64,000 nucleotides of DNA from an uncultured Candidatus Bathyarchaeia archaeon (GTDB lineage: Archaea > Thermoproteota > Bathyarchaeia > Bathyarchaeales > Bathycorpusculaceae). The stretch spans positions 19,587 through 83,586 of the forward strand of contig CAZRVS010000006.1 in the NCBI GenBank assembly GCA_964603675.1, read 5' to 3'. The position numbers were made by a program, and so were the translations under genes. Shown piece after piece: positions 9,356-19,498 of the stretch (the first letter of the stretch is position 1; every line of letters starts with the position of its first letter). The notes under the pieces were generated by a model. It worked only from the letters and a program-made list of their open reading frames with translations, was not told where the DNA came from and searched no databases.

Positions 9356-10162
9356 TCAACCCGCACCGCTTATTGCTTTTTGTGGAGGCTTTACAGCTTT
9401 GCAGGCGTGTGTAATGTAGCCTGTGTGCCCAGTCATCAGAGTCTGCGGACGCGTTTTTCCCCGTTCAATCTGCATTCCACGCATCAAGCATTCGACCGTT
9501 TCGATGCCAACAAAACTGTTTTCTTTCAAGGCCTCAACTGTTTTGACGACTTGATCTATCGTCGGGCTGAAAGAAACTATTGTACCTGAAGACTTCAGCG
9601 CTGTTTGAGCGGGTGATATGACGAGCCATGGAGTTGCCAAGTCCAATATTACCGAGTCAACTTCTCTTTCATCTATTCCCGCGGTCACATCTCTGCTTTT
9701 CAGTTCCACAAATTCAAACAGATTAGCGCGTTTCAAGTTTTTCTCCGCCGTTTTCAAGAACTCTTCCCGAATTTCGTAACTGTAGATTTTTCCGCTTGGC
9801 CTAACATAGTGGGCCAAGGCGGTTGTCAATGCTCCAGTCCCTGTTCCAGCCTCGACAACGCGGCTTCCAGGACCAATTCCGCTGAACATAACTATGAGGG
9901 CTATGTCTTTTGGGTATGTTATCTGGGTTCTTCGAGTAGATTTCATGATGTAGTCGCTTAACTGAGGCTTTAGCGCTGTGAACTCTGTGCCCAAACTGCT
10001 TGAAACAGTTGAACCATATTCCTTGCCGATTAAATCGTCAAATTTTATGAAACCCTTGTGCGTATGTAAAGTTTTTGCAGCTTCAACTTTAACCATGTAG
10101 GTTTTCCTCTGGCTTAGACAAAGAAGTACGTAGTCGCCTTCGTTTATCTTCTGATCTGTCAA
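9356..10162 (-). CDS. trmI: tRNA (adenine-N1)-methyltransferase, TrmI/Gcd14 family
   Basis: N-terminal beta domain followed by ITYPKDIALIVMFSGIGPGSRVVEAGTGTGALT (SAM motif I). Confidence 0.85.
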   Translation of the reverse strand: MTDQKINEGDYVLLCLSQRKTYMVKVEAAKTLHTHKGFIKFDDLIGKEYGSTVSSSLGTEFTALKPQLSDYIMKSTRRTQITYPKDIALIVMFSGIGPGSRVVEAGTGTGALTTALAHYVRPSGKIYSYEIREEFLKTAEKNLKRANLFEFVELKSRDVTAGIDEREVDSVILDLATPWLVISPAQTALKSSGTIVSFSPTIDQVVKTVEALKENSFVGIETVECLMRGMQIERGKTRPQTLMTGHTGYITHACKAVKPPQKAISGAG

Positions 10163-10172
10163 TTGCCTGTCA

Positions 10173-11651
10173 CTATGGTGTATATTTAAAGGGATGTTTT
10201 GAGCGATCCTTGTTTTCTATAAGCTCGTCTAGGCTTGGCCTGCCTTCAATCGCTTTTCGGACAGCGTGTCTCATCGCCTTATAATTGTTTATGTAAACAC
10301 GTTGTCTGTCAATAGCCGTTGGATGAACAAACACGTTGGCAATGATAATCAAATCTTCAGCAATCTCTCGCAAAATCGTGCCATCAGCAACGCTATCGAT
10401 AACTGCCTTGGCGACTGCAGTTTGTGCGGGGCCATAAACCATGCTTGCTTGACGCATACTCGTTATAGTGACCGTTGGGACAATTAGGGTCACGGGCTTA
10501 ACTGTTAAGTTTGGTTCCAAAATAGCCAATAATGGTTCATGCCCAGGGGTCGGAGTGGCTTTAGCCTTTACGAATGCTTCACCCACAGGGCCGTCTCTTA
10601 CTCCTATGACAAGGTCTATGTGGGCTACCTCTGCGCCTTGTCCAGCTAAAGCCTCGCCTACTCTCAACTTGAATTCGCTTATTGTTTCAGGTGCTATCTC
10701 GACAGCTGCAAAACGTTCTTCCAAGGGCTTTTCAGCCATTTCAACCTTTACAGGCTTAGGTGCTATCTTGCCTATTTTTTCCAAGTCAAGACGCAATTCC
10801 TCTCTAGCTTCGTAGGTCAATTCTCCGCCCACGCTTAACGGCTTTCTAACTGGTCCAACTTTGATTTTCATCATGTTCAACGCTTCCTTCGTGCCTACAG
10901 CGCCACTTCCAGCGATTATTCTGGCGATCTTCTGCACTTTGTATTGCAACTCACGGGCAGCCTGCAGCTCACCTTTCTTCAAGTGATTGTACATCTGAAC
11001 CCAGACATCCGGAATGACATTGGCGCTTGCCAAAATGGCGCCAGAGCATCCAGCGGCTAATGCTGCCACTACTACCTCGTCGTGTCCGCATAAAACATTA
11101 ATTTTGTCCCTCACTTTTTCCAGTACAGCTAAAATAAGACTTAATTGTCCACTACTGTCCTTTATGCCAACAATGTTCGGAATTTGAGCTAGATCCTCGA
11201 CCATTTGCCAAGGCAACGGCAAGCCTGTGCATTGAGGAATGTTATAGAGAATTATGGGCAAGTCAACCGCGTTCGCTATTGTGTGGAAGTGATCGTAGAT
11301 TCCACGGTCTGCTGGCTTCAGATAGAACGGCGTGACAATTAAGGCTGCGTCTGCACCAACATCTTTTGCGTATTTCGTCATTTCTACAGCTTGATCTGTT
11401 CCGCTGGCTCCTGTACCAGCAACCACAGGGACTTTTTCATTGGCTTCATCCACTACAATTTTGATTACTCGTTTTTTCTCTTCCGTTGTCAAATTCACAA
11501 ACTCGCCTGTCGTGCCGCATGGAACAACGCCGTGAACCCCTAATTCGATGCAGTGGCTAACCAAAAACCGCAATTTTTCTTCGTCAATGTTTTTTCCATC
11601 GTCTGTAAAGGGCGTAACCAAAGCAGGCAGTATTCCTTCAGGTTGGAACAT
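10173..11651 (-). CDS. fusion protein: DHDPS/NAL-family class I aldolase (DapA-like) plus formaldehyde-activating enzyme (Fae)
   Basis: The N-terminal ~295 aa carry GTTGEF, YNIP and IVGIKDSSG (Schiff-base Lys). The C-terminal ~165 aa carry VGEALAGQGAEVAHIDLVIG ... MVYGPAQTAVAKAV ... HPFKY, which resembles Fae. Confidence 0.85.
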   Translation of the reverse strand: MFQPEGILPALVTPFTDDGKNIDEEKLRFLVSHCIELGVHGVVPCGTTGEFVNLTTEEKKRVIKIVVDEANEKVPVVAGTGASGTDQAVEMTKYAKDVGADAALIVTPFYLKPADRGIYDHFHTIANAVDLPIILYNIPQCTGLPLPWQMVEDLAQIPNIVGIKDSSGQLSLILAVLEKVRDKINVLCGHDEVVVAALAAGCSGAILASANVIPDVWVQMYNHLKKGELQAARELQYKVQKIARIIAGSGAVGTKEALNMMKIKVGPVRKPLSVGGELTYEAREELRLDLEKIGKIAPKPVKVEMAEKPLEERFAAVEIAPETISEFKLRVGEALAGQGAEVAHIDLVIGVRDGPVGEAFVKAKATPTPGHEPLLAILEPNLTVKPVTLIVPTVTITSMRQASMVYGPAQTAVAKAVIDSVADGTILREIAEDLIIIANVFVHPTAIDRQRVYINNYKAMRHAVRKAIEGRPSLDELIENKDRSKHPFKYTP

Positions 11652-11825
11652 AGTGAATTTTCTCCTGTTAGACTAACCATAGTATTTCATATCATTTAAG
11701 CTTTGAATTTGCGTATTTGGCACGTTTAACCATCATAAGCGTGTGCGTAAAGCAGCTTGAAATTCGGTTTGCAAACGCTTAAATTTCAAGAGAACTGAAC
11801 AAAATACAGCGCGGGAGGAAACTTT

Positions 11826-13118
11826 TTGAAGAACCTCAGGGAAAAACTGAGAATAAAGGAAGATAACCTTAAGCAAGTTAACGATTTCCTTCTGAGAAAA
11901 GACAATCCCCTCGTAAACAGTTTATTAGAAATCGTTGACAAGTATGGCGGCGTCAACGAGATTAACCGCAAGGCAAAGGAAGCCCGCGAACTTGAAAACT
12001 TAATGGAGAGGCTTAGAAAGAAAAAATCTCCCTTTCTGAAGGATTTGGAGTGGTTAATTAAACAGCGTGACAAGAAAGCTTTCATTAGCATAATTGATTA
12101 CCGCAAAAAAGTCTTGGGAAAAAAAGCCGATTCCATAAAGTTTAACGAGCCATTTGCAGTCACGCTAGAAATCAGCGCATTCAACTTTTTCCCGTGGTTA
12201 TTAGAGGAAGCAAAACATGCGATTAAACAGCAAGACCTCATGCCTAGCCGATACATTCGTGTCCGCTCCATCAAAGAACAAGTTGAAGATAATGACATTC
12301 TCGCCTTCGCAGCCGCAATGCAGATCATAGGTGCCTCTTACGTTCAAACGTTAGACACGAAGGGAACGATGCCCGGACCAGACGGCAAACCAATCAACGT
12401 TCATCTGGGTGGTCCGGAGACCATGACAGGCTATTTCGGCGGAATTGGAATGCCAAATGATTACACTTTAAAGTGGGTGGAAGAGTTCCTTCACTACTAC
12501 ACGGAATACGGAGTTCAGCAAGTGCTAAACACTAATTCGGGCACTGTAATGTTAGGCTATCTGCTCCGCAAACTTGAAATAGACGTAGAATTCAAAATTT
12601 CAGTATTCCTAGGCAACGATAACCCCTACTCAGTCCTTTGGACACTAATAGGCGCAAAACTTTTCAGTTCAGAGGACGGCGTAACCCCCCTCATCGGTTT
12701 TAACCTTTCAAACGCAGTCAACAACGAAACAATTGAATTGACAGCCTACACTCGGAAAGCCTTCAACTTCGAAAACGTTGTCCGCATTGAACATCACATA
12801 ACAGAGGCTTACAAGAGCATTATAAGACAACCCTACGACCGCCTAGAGGAGCTCGTTGAAATTGCAGGACGCGTCAAGAACATAAGTGCCAAACATGAAG
12901 GCGGAGCGCCTGAAATTGAAAAAGTCAGGGAGCACCCATCCGATATATTGGACTATTTCATCCCAAAGAAAGACATCATTGCCAAGGAGTTGATGCCGAA
13001 ACTTCTGGTCAACTATCTTGACAAGCACGACGCAGTGAACAGAACAGCAAAAGCATTGACTGAGCACGGACTAACCTTTATCGCAGCCCAGAACTTGCAC
13101 AAGAAAACATCCGCTTAG
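11826..13118 (+). CDS. conserved-looking hypothetical protein (N-terminal coiled coil plus a ~330-aa globular domain)
   Basis: 430-aa ORF with good coding composition. It is divergent from the DapA-Fae gene. No family recognised. Confidence 0.6.
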   Translation: MKNLREKLRIKEDNLKQVNDFLLRKDNPLVNSLLEIVDKYGGVNEINRKAKEARELENLMERLRKKKSPFLKDLEWLIKQRDKKAFISIIDYRKKVLGKKADSIKFNEPFAVTLEISAFNFFPWLLEEAKHAIKQQDLMPSRYIRVRSIKEQVEDNDILAFAAAMQIIGASYVQTLDTKGTMPGPDGKPINVHLGGPETMTGYFGGIGMPNDYTLKWVEEFLHYYTEYGVQQVLNTNSGTVMLGYLLRKLEIDVEFKISVFLGNDNPYSVLWTLIGAKLFSSEDGVTPLIGFNLSNAVNNETIELTAYTRKAFNFENVVRIEHHITEAYKSIIRQPYDRLEELVEIAGRVKNISAKHEGGAPEIEKVREHPSDILDYFIPKKDIIAKELMPKLLVNYLDKHDAVNRTAKALTEHGLTFIAAQNLHKKTSA

Positions 13119-13151
13119 AAGACTCACGGTTAAATGGAGAAAAAGTGCATT

Positions 13152-13880
13152 TCACCAGTATTCTTTGGGCTTCCGCACGAGCAAATATATTGTTGTACCT
13201 ACAAAGAAGACGGTCGTTACGCCCAGAAGCAACGCCAATTGCCTTGTACTAGAAAATTCGTTCAAGCTCTCCTGAATGACAGTGTAGTTATGGTTAAGCT
13301 CCCAGTAAGTATTGTTAAGCTCGTCAAATAGGTTCTTCAACTGCCAAAAGGTGCTGTTCAACTGGCTATAGCTCTCGTTCAGGTTTTCAAAATCCTCTTG
13401 AAGTTTTTCATAATAGACGTTTCTGACGGTAGTTATCGAAAAGCTTGGGTTATCCTTAAAGTCTGAGCTGAAAATGGATGTTTTCAAATGCATGTCTGCG
13501 TAGGTTGGTCCCCAAACATCAGTTGGCACGAAAACATCGTACGAGTGTTCCTCTGTATAGTTGAAAACTAACGAACTGTTCACTATGACATCAAAATCGC
13601 CTAGCTGAACTTTTTCGAGACCGCCCACAAACCCATAGACACTAAAGTTGAGATAATCAACTTTAACACCCGTCGCAGTGCAATTCACAACCAATTTGAT
13701 AGTCAGATTTTCGCTCGGATCTACCTCTTGCGTGCCGTCAACTCTTATGGAGAGACCAACATAATCTTCTCTAAAGAATGTCGACATTTCGCTTGATGTT
13801 TGAGCGTTCACGCCCCTAACAATCGTTAATCCGAGGATTAATACCATTAGAATCTTGGTTGAAGTCTTATACACGTTCAA
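13152..13880 (-). CDS. secreted, C-terminally anchored surface protein rich in N-glycosylation sequons
   Basis: Signal peptide ending VRGVNAQ, a C-terminal TM helix followed by basic residues, more than 10 N-x-S/T sequons, and L-x3-[YFW] heptads near the C-terminus. Confidence 0.6.
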   Translation of the reverse strand: MNVYKTSTKILMVLILGLTIVRGVNAQTSSEMSTFFREDYVGLSIRVDGTQEVDPSENLTIKLVVNCTATGVKVDYLNFSVYGFVGGLEKVQLGDFDVIVNSSLVFNYTEEHSYDVFVPTDVWGPTYADMHLKTSIFSSDFKDNPSFSITTVRNVYYEKLQEDFENLNESYSQLNSTFWQLKNLFDELNNTYWELNHNYTVIQESLNEFSSTRQLALLLGVTTVFFVGTTIYLLVRKPKEYW

Positions 13881-14008
13881 TGTTTTTCTCCTCTTCTTCT
13901 CTGGATTTGCTTAGATTTAATGAAGGTGTTCTTAAGGTTTGTTGCTTTGCTCAAATATCTTACCAGCCTTTTGAAAACAAGTTTTGGCTTCTAATCTTTA
14001 AAAAGAGG

Positions 14009-14248
14009 CTATCTAACCGAACGGATTAAGCGCTGATATATGTATATGAAGTAAATAAGTGCGAAAGCTGTTAGGGCTATTTCAAATGCTAGTATTGCTG
14101 GGTTTTTCTCAACAGCCATGAAATACCCATGTTGGAGTATATCCGCAAAGACGAGAATTTGTAGGAATATGGCACCGCCTAGACAGCTTAACCCTAAGGT
14201 GTGAAAGAGCACTCGCATTCTGCGGCTAAGCGTTGGACTAGCGTTCAT
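14009..14248 (-). CDS. small membrane protein
   Basis: 79 aa with two hydrophobic helices. Confidence 0.4.
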   Translation of the reverse strand: MNASPTLSRRMRVLFHTLGLSCLGGAIFLQILVFADILQHGYFMAVEKNPAILAFEIALTAFALIYFIYIYQRLIRSVR

Positions 14249-14417
14249 CGCTATTCACGGATATTCAAAGTCTTCACAGTAGCTTATAGATTATGAATTA
14301 GAAAACAAGATGATACGTAATGATTCACGTTCACTTTCAATACACGCAAACAGTAGGCAATCTTAATAGCATTGAGCTAAGCTTGACTTACTCTATTCTT
14401 TTTTCCTGATGCAAATA

Positions 14418-14708
14418 TTAGGTCTGCTCTGCCTCGCTTTGCCTTTTCTCTTTTTCAGTAATGAAACGCTTTAGCTTCTTCGCCATTTTTAACTCGTAAA
14501 CGTGCTCCTTCGCTGGAGGAGGCAAACTTTTCTTCTTGAAGAGCAGGTTCGGACGGACAATACGTCTTCCTCCCATGTTCACCTTCACCTTTTCACCATC
14601 AACAACATCCTCAAATTCCTCCAAGGCTTCCACAATCCAGTATCCTTTACTCTCCGTCACAACCTTAACCTTATGCTTCCCTTTGTAGTATCGAATTTCT
14701 TCACTCAT
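14418..14708 (-). CDS. hypothetical basic protein
   Basis: 96-aa ORF with a beta-rich N-terminus and a Lys-rich tail. No family recognised. Confidence 0.4.
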   Translation of the reverse strand: MSEEIRYYKGKHKVKVVTESKGYWIVEALEEFEDVVDGEKVKVNMGGRRIVRPNLLFKKKSLPPPAKEHVYELKMAKKLKRFITEKEKRQSEAEQT

Positions 14709-14830
14709 AGCCCTTCACATTATAATCTTCGCACAGCGGCCGATATAAAACGCGTGAACTGCTACTTGTAGTAATTAGCCAGAATCAGTGAGTTGTACAC
14801 TAACCATGGGAAATGCTGCAATCCGTCATT

Positions 14831-15640
14831 TCATCCAGTTCCCGCCAGTCCACCACCGTCAACCACTAACGCTGTTCCGGTAACGAAGGATGATGCGTCC
14901 GTAGCCAAGTATAATACTGCTTGAGCAATTTCTTCTGGCTTGCCTATCCTCTGCAGAGGACGTTGCGCCGATTCGGATAAGAATTCATCCTCAGTTTTGC
15001 CTAACTGTTTGGCTTCGTTGCGTAACAGAGGCGTGTCTGTGTCACCAGGACATATGCAGTTGACGCGAATGTTTTGTGCACCGTGATCAAGGGCCATAGC
15101 CTTGGTCAGAAGCACCACTGCCCCTTTTGAAGCGCAGTACACTGCTGCCTTTCGTCCGCCAACCAGCCCCCATCCTGATGCAGTGTTAACGATCACACCC
15201 CCACCAGCGTTAATCATGACTGGAATCGCATATTTCGAGAGCAAAAAAACGGACTTAACGTTGACTGACATCACTCGATCCCATTCTTTCTCGTTCAGCT
15301 CCACAACTGACGCACGTCTGATGATGCCAGCATTATTAAAGAGAATATCTAGTTTACCCAGCTGCTCAACAGTCTGCCGCACAGCTGCTCGGCAGTCTTC
15401 CGCCTTTGACACGTCGGCGCGCAAAAAAATAGCTTTGCCGCCCCCTCCGATTATCTCCTGAACAAGAGCTTCTCCTTGAGTTTTATTCATGTCTACAACC
15501 GCGACTTTTGCACCTTCTCGGGCAAAAAGCAGCGCCGTCGCTCGTCCGATCCCTGAAGCAGCACCAGTGATCAAAGCGACCTTTCCATATAACAGTTCGC
15601 GACTTTGGCAATTTGAAAAATTTGGCATAGATCCAAGCAC
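14831..15640 (-). CDS. SDR family oxidoreductase
   Basis: TGAASGIGRA (TGxxxGxG), NNAG and YCASKGAV (YxxxK). Confidence 0.9.
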   Translation of the reverse strand: MLGSMPNFSNCQSRELLYGKVALITGAASGIGRATALLFAREGAKVAVVDMNKTQGEALVQEIIGGGGKAIFLRADVSKAEDCRAAVRQTVEQLGKLDILFNNAGIIRRASVVELNEKEWDRVMSVNVKSVFLLSKYAIPVMINAGGGVIVNTASGWGLVGGRKAAVYCASKGAVVLLTKAMALDHGAQNIRVNCICPGDTDTPLLRNEAKQLGKTEDEFLSESAQRPLQRIGKPEEIAQAVLYLATDASSFVTGTALVVDGGGLAGTG

Positions 15641-15892
15641 CCTTCGATTTTCATAAAGGTTAGAGTGCGTTATTAAACTTTAATTTCTATGTCTGTTGAC
15701 GCCGAGAAGTGGATAAGATGCAAGAGGGTTGGTGGAGGCGGTGGCTGATAGGTGCAGAAATTTTCAGAGCATTAAAGCAGATGGTAAAGGATGAAATTAT
15801 CAAGACACTTTACCCTACGCCGATACTTCGTATCACCCCTTCCTCAAGGGAGGGGGAACCCTACCGATTTTTAGCGCGCGGTACAATCATAG

Positions 15893-16816
15893 CTATCTTG
15901 TGTGTACGAATTTATCCTTTTCAACTGTAATTTTATAGACTATTCTCTCGTCTATGGATTGCTTCTCAGGGACTGTCTGAGCAGAAATTTCTATGTATTT
16001 ACCAGCTACGCCAGCGGTCAGCTTTTTGTAGAGTACCTCCTCCACTTGGAAGACCCCAGCGGAGTTTGTCATGTTAATTGTTATACCTATTGGTTTTTCC
16101 CTTCCCTTGGCTATCTCTACCTCGCCTATAGACATGGCGGAGACACAGTGAATGTTTACATTCCCCATCTCATAAGGCGTACGTCCTCTTCCCTTAGTCA
16201 TGTCGGTGCCATCAGCTACCTTTACTAAGCTGGCTTCTAGTGTGTAGCTTGGTATGAATTCCATATGAGTGTAAATACAGTGCAAAATGAAACCCCGGAT
16301 TATTCCCCTCTTCCTCTCGTCAACGTATATCGGAGTTATCACATTATTTAGTATTGGTATTGCCAATATTTCGCTGTGTAAGTTGTGATCTGACCTGTTC
16401 ACTTGGTTACCTATGTCATGCAGGAGTCCAGCCGAGAGAATAATGAGGTGGGCATCATCCAGATCTCCACTCTCGACAAGGTCTCCCCACTTTGAAGTTT
16501 CTTGTGTTGCCCTAATGATGTCAGGTTGCACCTCGGCCTCAAGCAAAAGATCCAGCATCTTCAGGGCGTTAGCCGTCACTACCTTTGCATGAATGTCACC
16601 GTGGGCATTGTATCTCATCTTGGTTACTGCGATGTAATCAGACATATCCCACTGAGCCGTCATAAAGGAATCATCGCGAAGTTTATCCCAGACTCTTTTT
16701 GTCTTTGGATACTTAGATACGATATTATCGATGGTCTCTTCAGACCGCATAAGCAAGGACGCATCTACAGTCTCTCTCCACTTACGGATTTCTTCAACCG
16801 ATAAAATCACACTCAC
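15893..16816 (-). CDS. HD domain phosphohydrolase
   Basis: HGDIHAKV ... LLHDIGN supplies the H...HD metal ligands. Confidence 0.75.
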   Translation of the reverse strand: MSVILSVEEIRKWRETVDASLLMRSEETIDNIVSKYPKTKRVWDKLRDDSFMTAQWDMSDYIAVTKMRYNAHGDIHAKVVTANALKMLDLLLEAEVQPDIIRATQETSKWGDLVESGDLDDAHLIILSAGLLHDIGNQVNRSDHNLHSEILAIPILNNVITPIYVDERKRGIIRGFILHCIYTHMEFIPSYTLEASLVKVADGTDMTKGRGRTPYEMGNVNIHCVSAMSIGEVEIAKGREKPIGITINMTNSAGVFQVEEVLYKKLTAGVAGKYIEISAQTVPEKQSIDERIVYKITVEKDKFVHTR

Positions 16817-17112
16817 CCTCTATAATAAATGACAAACAATTTATTTATTTGTAATTGCAATTTCTAAATTCTGTTATAAAACTTGCATGAATGCAATTTC
16901 TGTCTCAGAAGGAGAATAAGATTGCTTGAGTTTTTTCTGGAATCAATTTTCATTAATTCTTCCACCCCTACACAGGATTCTCTATTTTCTGATTGTGAGC
17001 GTTCAAATCCTCCGAGAGAACTGTTCTACGTTTTCGAACATACTGTTCTAAAATGTAGAAATAAGTTCATGAAATTTCTTACCAAGATATAATTAATAGG
17101 AGAATACGTACT

Positions 17113-18192
17113 TTGAAAACGTCTGAACAAACGAACAAATCGAATGTTCCCATTCTAAGTTTTCTAACCATTCTAGCATTCATCTTCACTGTAGCTTTGA
17201 CTTTTGCAACAATAGCGATACCTGGGGTATTGGCAATGATCTTGGCTGGGTACATTCCCGACGTCAACCCGGGGATTGAGCCAGAGTTTGTAGAGAATTT
17301 CATGAAAAGTGCGAGGCCCATAGGCTACGCCTGCCTTGGAGCAGTAATAGCCTTGATAATAGTAGGTTTCGTCACAAAAAGAAAGAAGCTTTCGTCCCTA
17401 GGGGCTTTCTTCTTCTTCTTGCCAACCTTCGGATACTTCGCAGGCTCTATGTTCTTCCTTGCGGGGTTAGGAATTTTGAGAGTGCCATGGATACCGTTCT
17501 GGGAACAATCCACCAACCTCGTCAAATTAGGAGACATAGCCTACCTTCCATATATGATTCTCACCTATCTCCCCGCTCTCGTAGGTCTAGATATCAGATG
17601 GTTCTTAGCCCTCGCAGTGACTGGTTTAGGTTTCTTCATATTTCTGGTAGGTACAATCGCGTGTTTCTACGGGAAACTCCAGAAGAGAGAAACAGTGACA
17701 TTCTGGATATACAAGTATTCGAGACATCCTCAGTATCTTGGTTATATCATTTGGAGTTATGGAGTCATGCTGCAAGCATCCCTCGCAGGATACTCCTGGG
17801 GAGGCACAAACCCTGGAGCAAGCCTGCCCTGGGTAATCTCGTCACTAATCGTGGTCTGTATAGCTTTGAGCGAGGAAATCAAAATGAGCAAGAAGGACAC
17901 AGATAGCTATCTGAAATACAAGGAAAGTGCGCCATTCTTGTTTCCTCTTCCCAAATTCGTAACTTCACTGGTAACCGCTCCTTTCAAAATAATGTTTGGC
18001 AAGGCCCAACCACAAAACAAAAAGGAAATCATCGCAACCTTTGTGGTCTATTATTCGATATTTGTCCTGTTGTCACTACCCTTTGTTCTCTTGAACTGGC
18101 CTCCAGGCGAGTGGTGGAGGTGGCCCTACAACGTATGGCCCTTCTGTGCCTCCCTAGGTCCTGTTCCAAAAATGTTTTTTGTTCCCAGGTAG
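17113..18192 (+). CDS. membrane methyltransferase, ICMT/PEMT-like
   Basis: Polytopic protein with YKYSRHPQYLGYIIW (RHPxYxG motif). Confidence 0.65.
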   Translation: MKTSEQTNKSNVPILSFLTILAFIFTVALTFATIAIPGVLAMILAGYIPDVNPGIEPEFVENFMKSARPIGYACLGAVIALIIVGFVTKRKKLSSLGAFFFFLPTFGYFAGSMFFLAGLGILRVPWIPFWEQSTNLVKLGDIAYLPYMILTYLPALVGLDIRWFLALAVTGLGFFIFLVGTIACFYGKLQKRETVTFWIYKYSRHPQYLGYIIWSYGVMLQASLAGYSWGGTNPGASLPWVISSLIVVCIALSEEIKMSKKDTDSYLKYKESAPFLFPLPKFVTSLVTAPFKIMFGKAQPQNKKEIIATFVVYYSIFVLLSLPFVLLNWPPGEWWRWPYNVWPFCASLGPVPKMFFVPR

Positions 18193-18333
18193 TTGAAGGC
18201 ACTGAAAAAAACCCAAGGCAAATGGAGATATGTCTCCCCAAGGCCCACTTTTTTAACGCGTGTTCTATAATCGCCATAATGGTTTGGGATTGAAGTTTAA
18301 TGCGCTAACGATCAAGTTCAATGCGCAACGTGT

Positions 18334-19473
18334 CTAGTATGATATTTTGTAGATGGTTTCTTCTTTGTATCCAGTTATTACTCTCATATAGCCACTTAGC
18401 ATTCTGTCAACTGCGCGATCACCAGTGTCAACCAAAAGAGGTCGTCCTCTCAGCGAATTGATTTTCTCTGGAGTAGCCACAACTATTATTTTGTCTCTTC
18501 CTACCTTCTTGATAACTTCTGGACTTATCTGCTGATTTCCTCTACCGAACAGGTAGCCTTGGCCTCCTATCGGAGTGATTATTAATTTTGCGTCGTGCCC
18601 CTCGAGAAGTTTGAGTAGTTGAACTTCGTTGACATCAACGCCAACCAATTTTCTTTTTGTTACCACATCTACACCTATCAGCGTCTTGTCCAATCCAAGT
18701 TTTGATGTTATAGCTCTGGTTGTCGTTCCAGGTCCGATGACGTAAATGTAATAGTCTTTCATTCTATCTACGATTTCACAAGCTATTGCATCCATCGCTT
18801 CCGCGTCCTCGCCACCACTCGGAACCTTTGATCCTTGGATCAACCTTCTCTCGAAGGGAACTTTGAGGTAGCCGTAGAGTCTTGAAGATACAACACCATG
18901 ACGAAGAGCATCCTCATCTATGTCTATAACCTCAGCTTCTCGTATTCCACATTTTCCCTGCAGATATAGCACAGCAAGGTCTCCAGCGCTTCTAGGGTTT
19001 GTCGCAAAAACAGCTGAATAAATCTTGACTCCTGTAGGTACACCGAGAGCTGGAATTCCTTGTCCAACTGCATCGTATATGTCCCTTGCAGTTCCATCTC
19101 CACCCGCAAAAAGAAGGAAACTTACGCCTAACCTCAGCATTTCCCTTGCAGCTTTTCTAGTATCCTCTGCAGTTGTTTGACCCTTCCTAATTGATCCAAT
19201 AACAGTGGGTTCAAAACCGCATTTCTCAGCCGCATCTTCTCCCATTTCAGCAGGATAGGTTACTATTTCAAGCGTTCGTTTAAATGAGGTAATTCTCTCC
19301 AGCGTTTGAATCGCCCGATTCAACGATTGCGGTACGGCGCCCAATTGTAGGGCTTTCTTTTGTATTTCTGGCCCGTCACTTCCTTTAAGTCCAACTCTGC
19401 CGCCTATACCTGCAATTGGATTCACGATCAAGCCAAGCTTTTTTCGTTCCACTTTGACTACCACATGGGTCAA
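18334..19473 (-). CDS. ATP-NAD kinase-like protein (COG3199 type)
   Basis: LLFAGGDGTARD is a diacylglycerol/NAD-kinase GGDGT motif; 379 aa. Confidence 0.7.
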   Translation of the reverse strand: MTHVVVKVERKKLGLIVNPIAGIGGRVGLKGSDGPEIQKKALQLGAVPQSLNRAIQTLERITSFKRTLEIVTYPAEMGEDAAEKCGFEPTVIGSIRKGQTTAEDTRKAAREMLRLGVSFLLFAGGDGTARDIYDAVGQGIPALGVPTGVKIYSAVFATNPRSAGDLAVLYLQGKCGIREAEVIDIDEDALRHGVVSSRLYGYLKVPFERRLIQGSKVPSGGEDAEAMDAIACEIVDRMKDYYIYVIGPGTTTRAITSKLGLDKTLIGVDVVTKRKLVGVDVNEVQLLKLLEGHDAKLIITPIGGQGYLFGRGNQQISPEVIKKVGRDKIIVVATPEKINSLRGRPLLVDTGDRAVDRMLSGYMRVITGYKEETIYKISY

Positions 19474-19498
19474 TAAATGTTAAATTGCATATTTCTTC

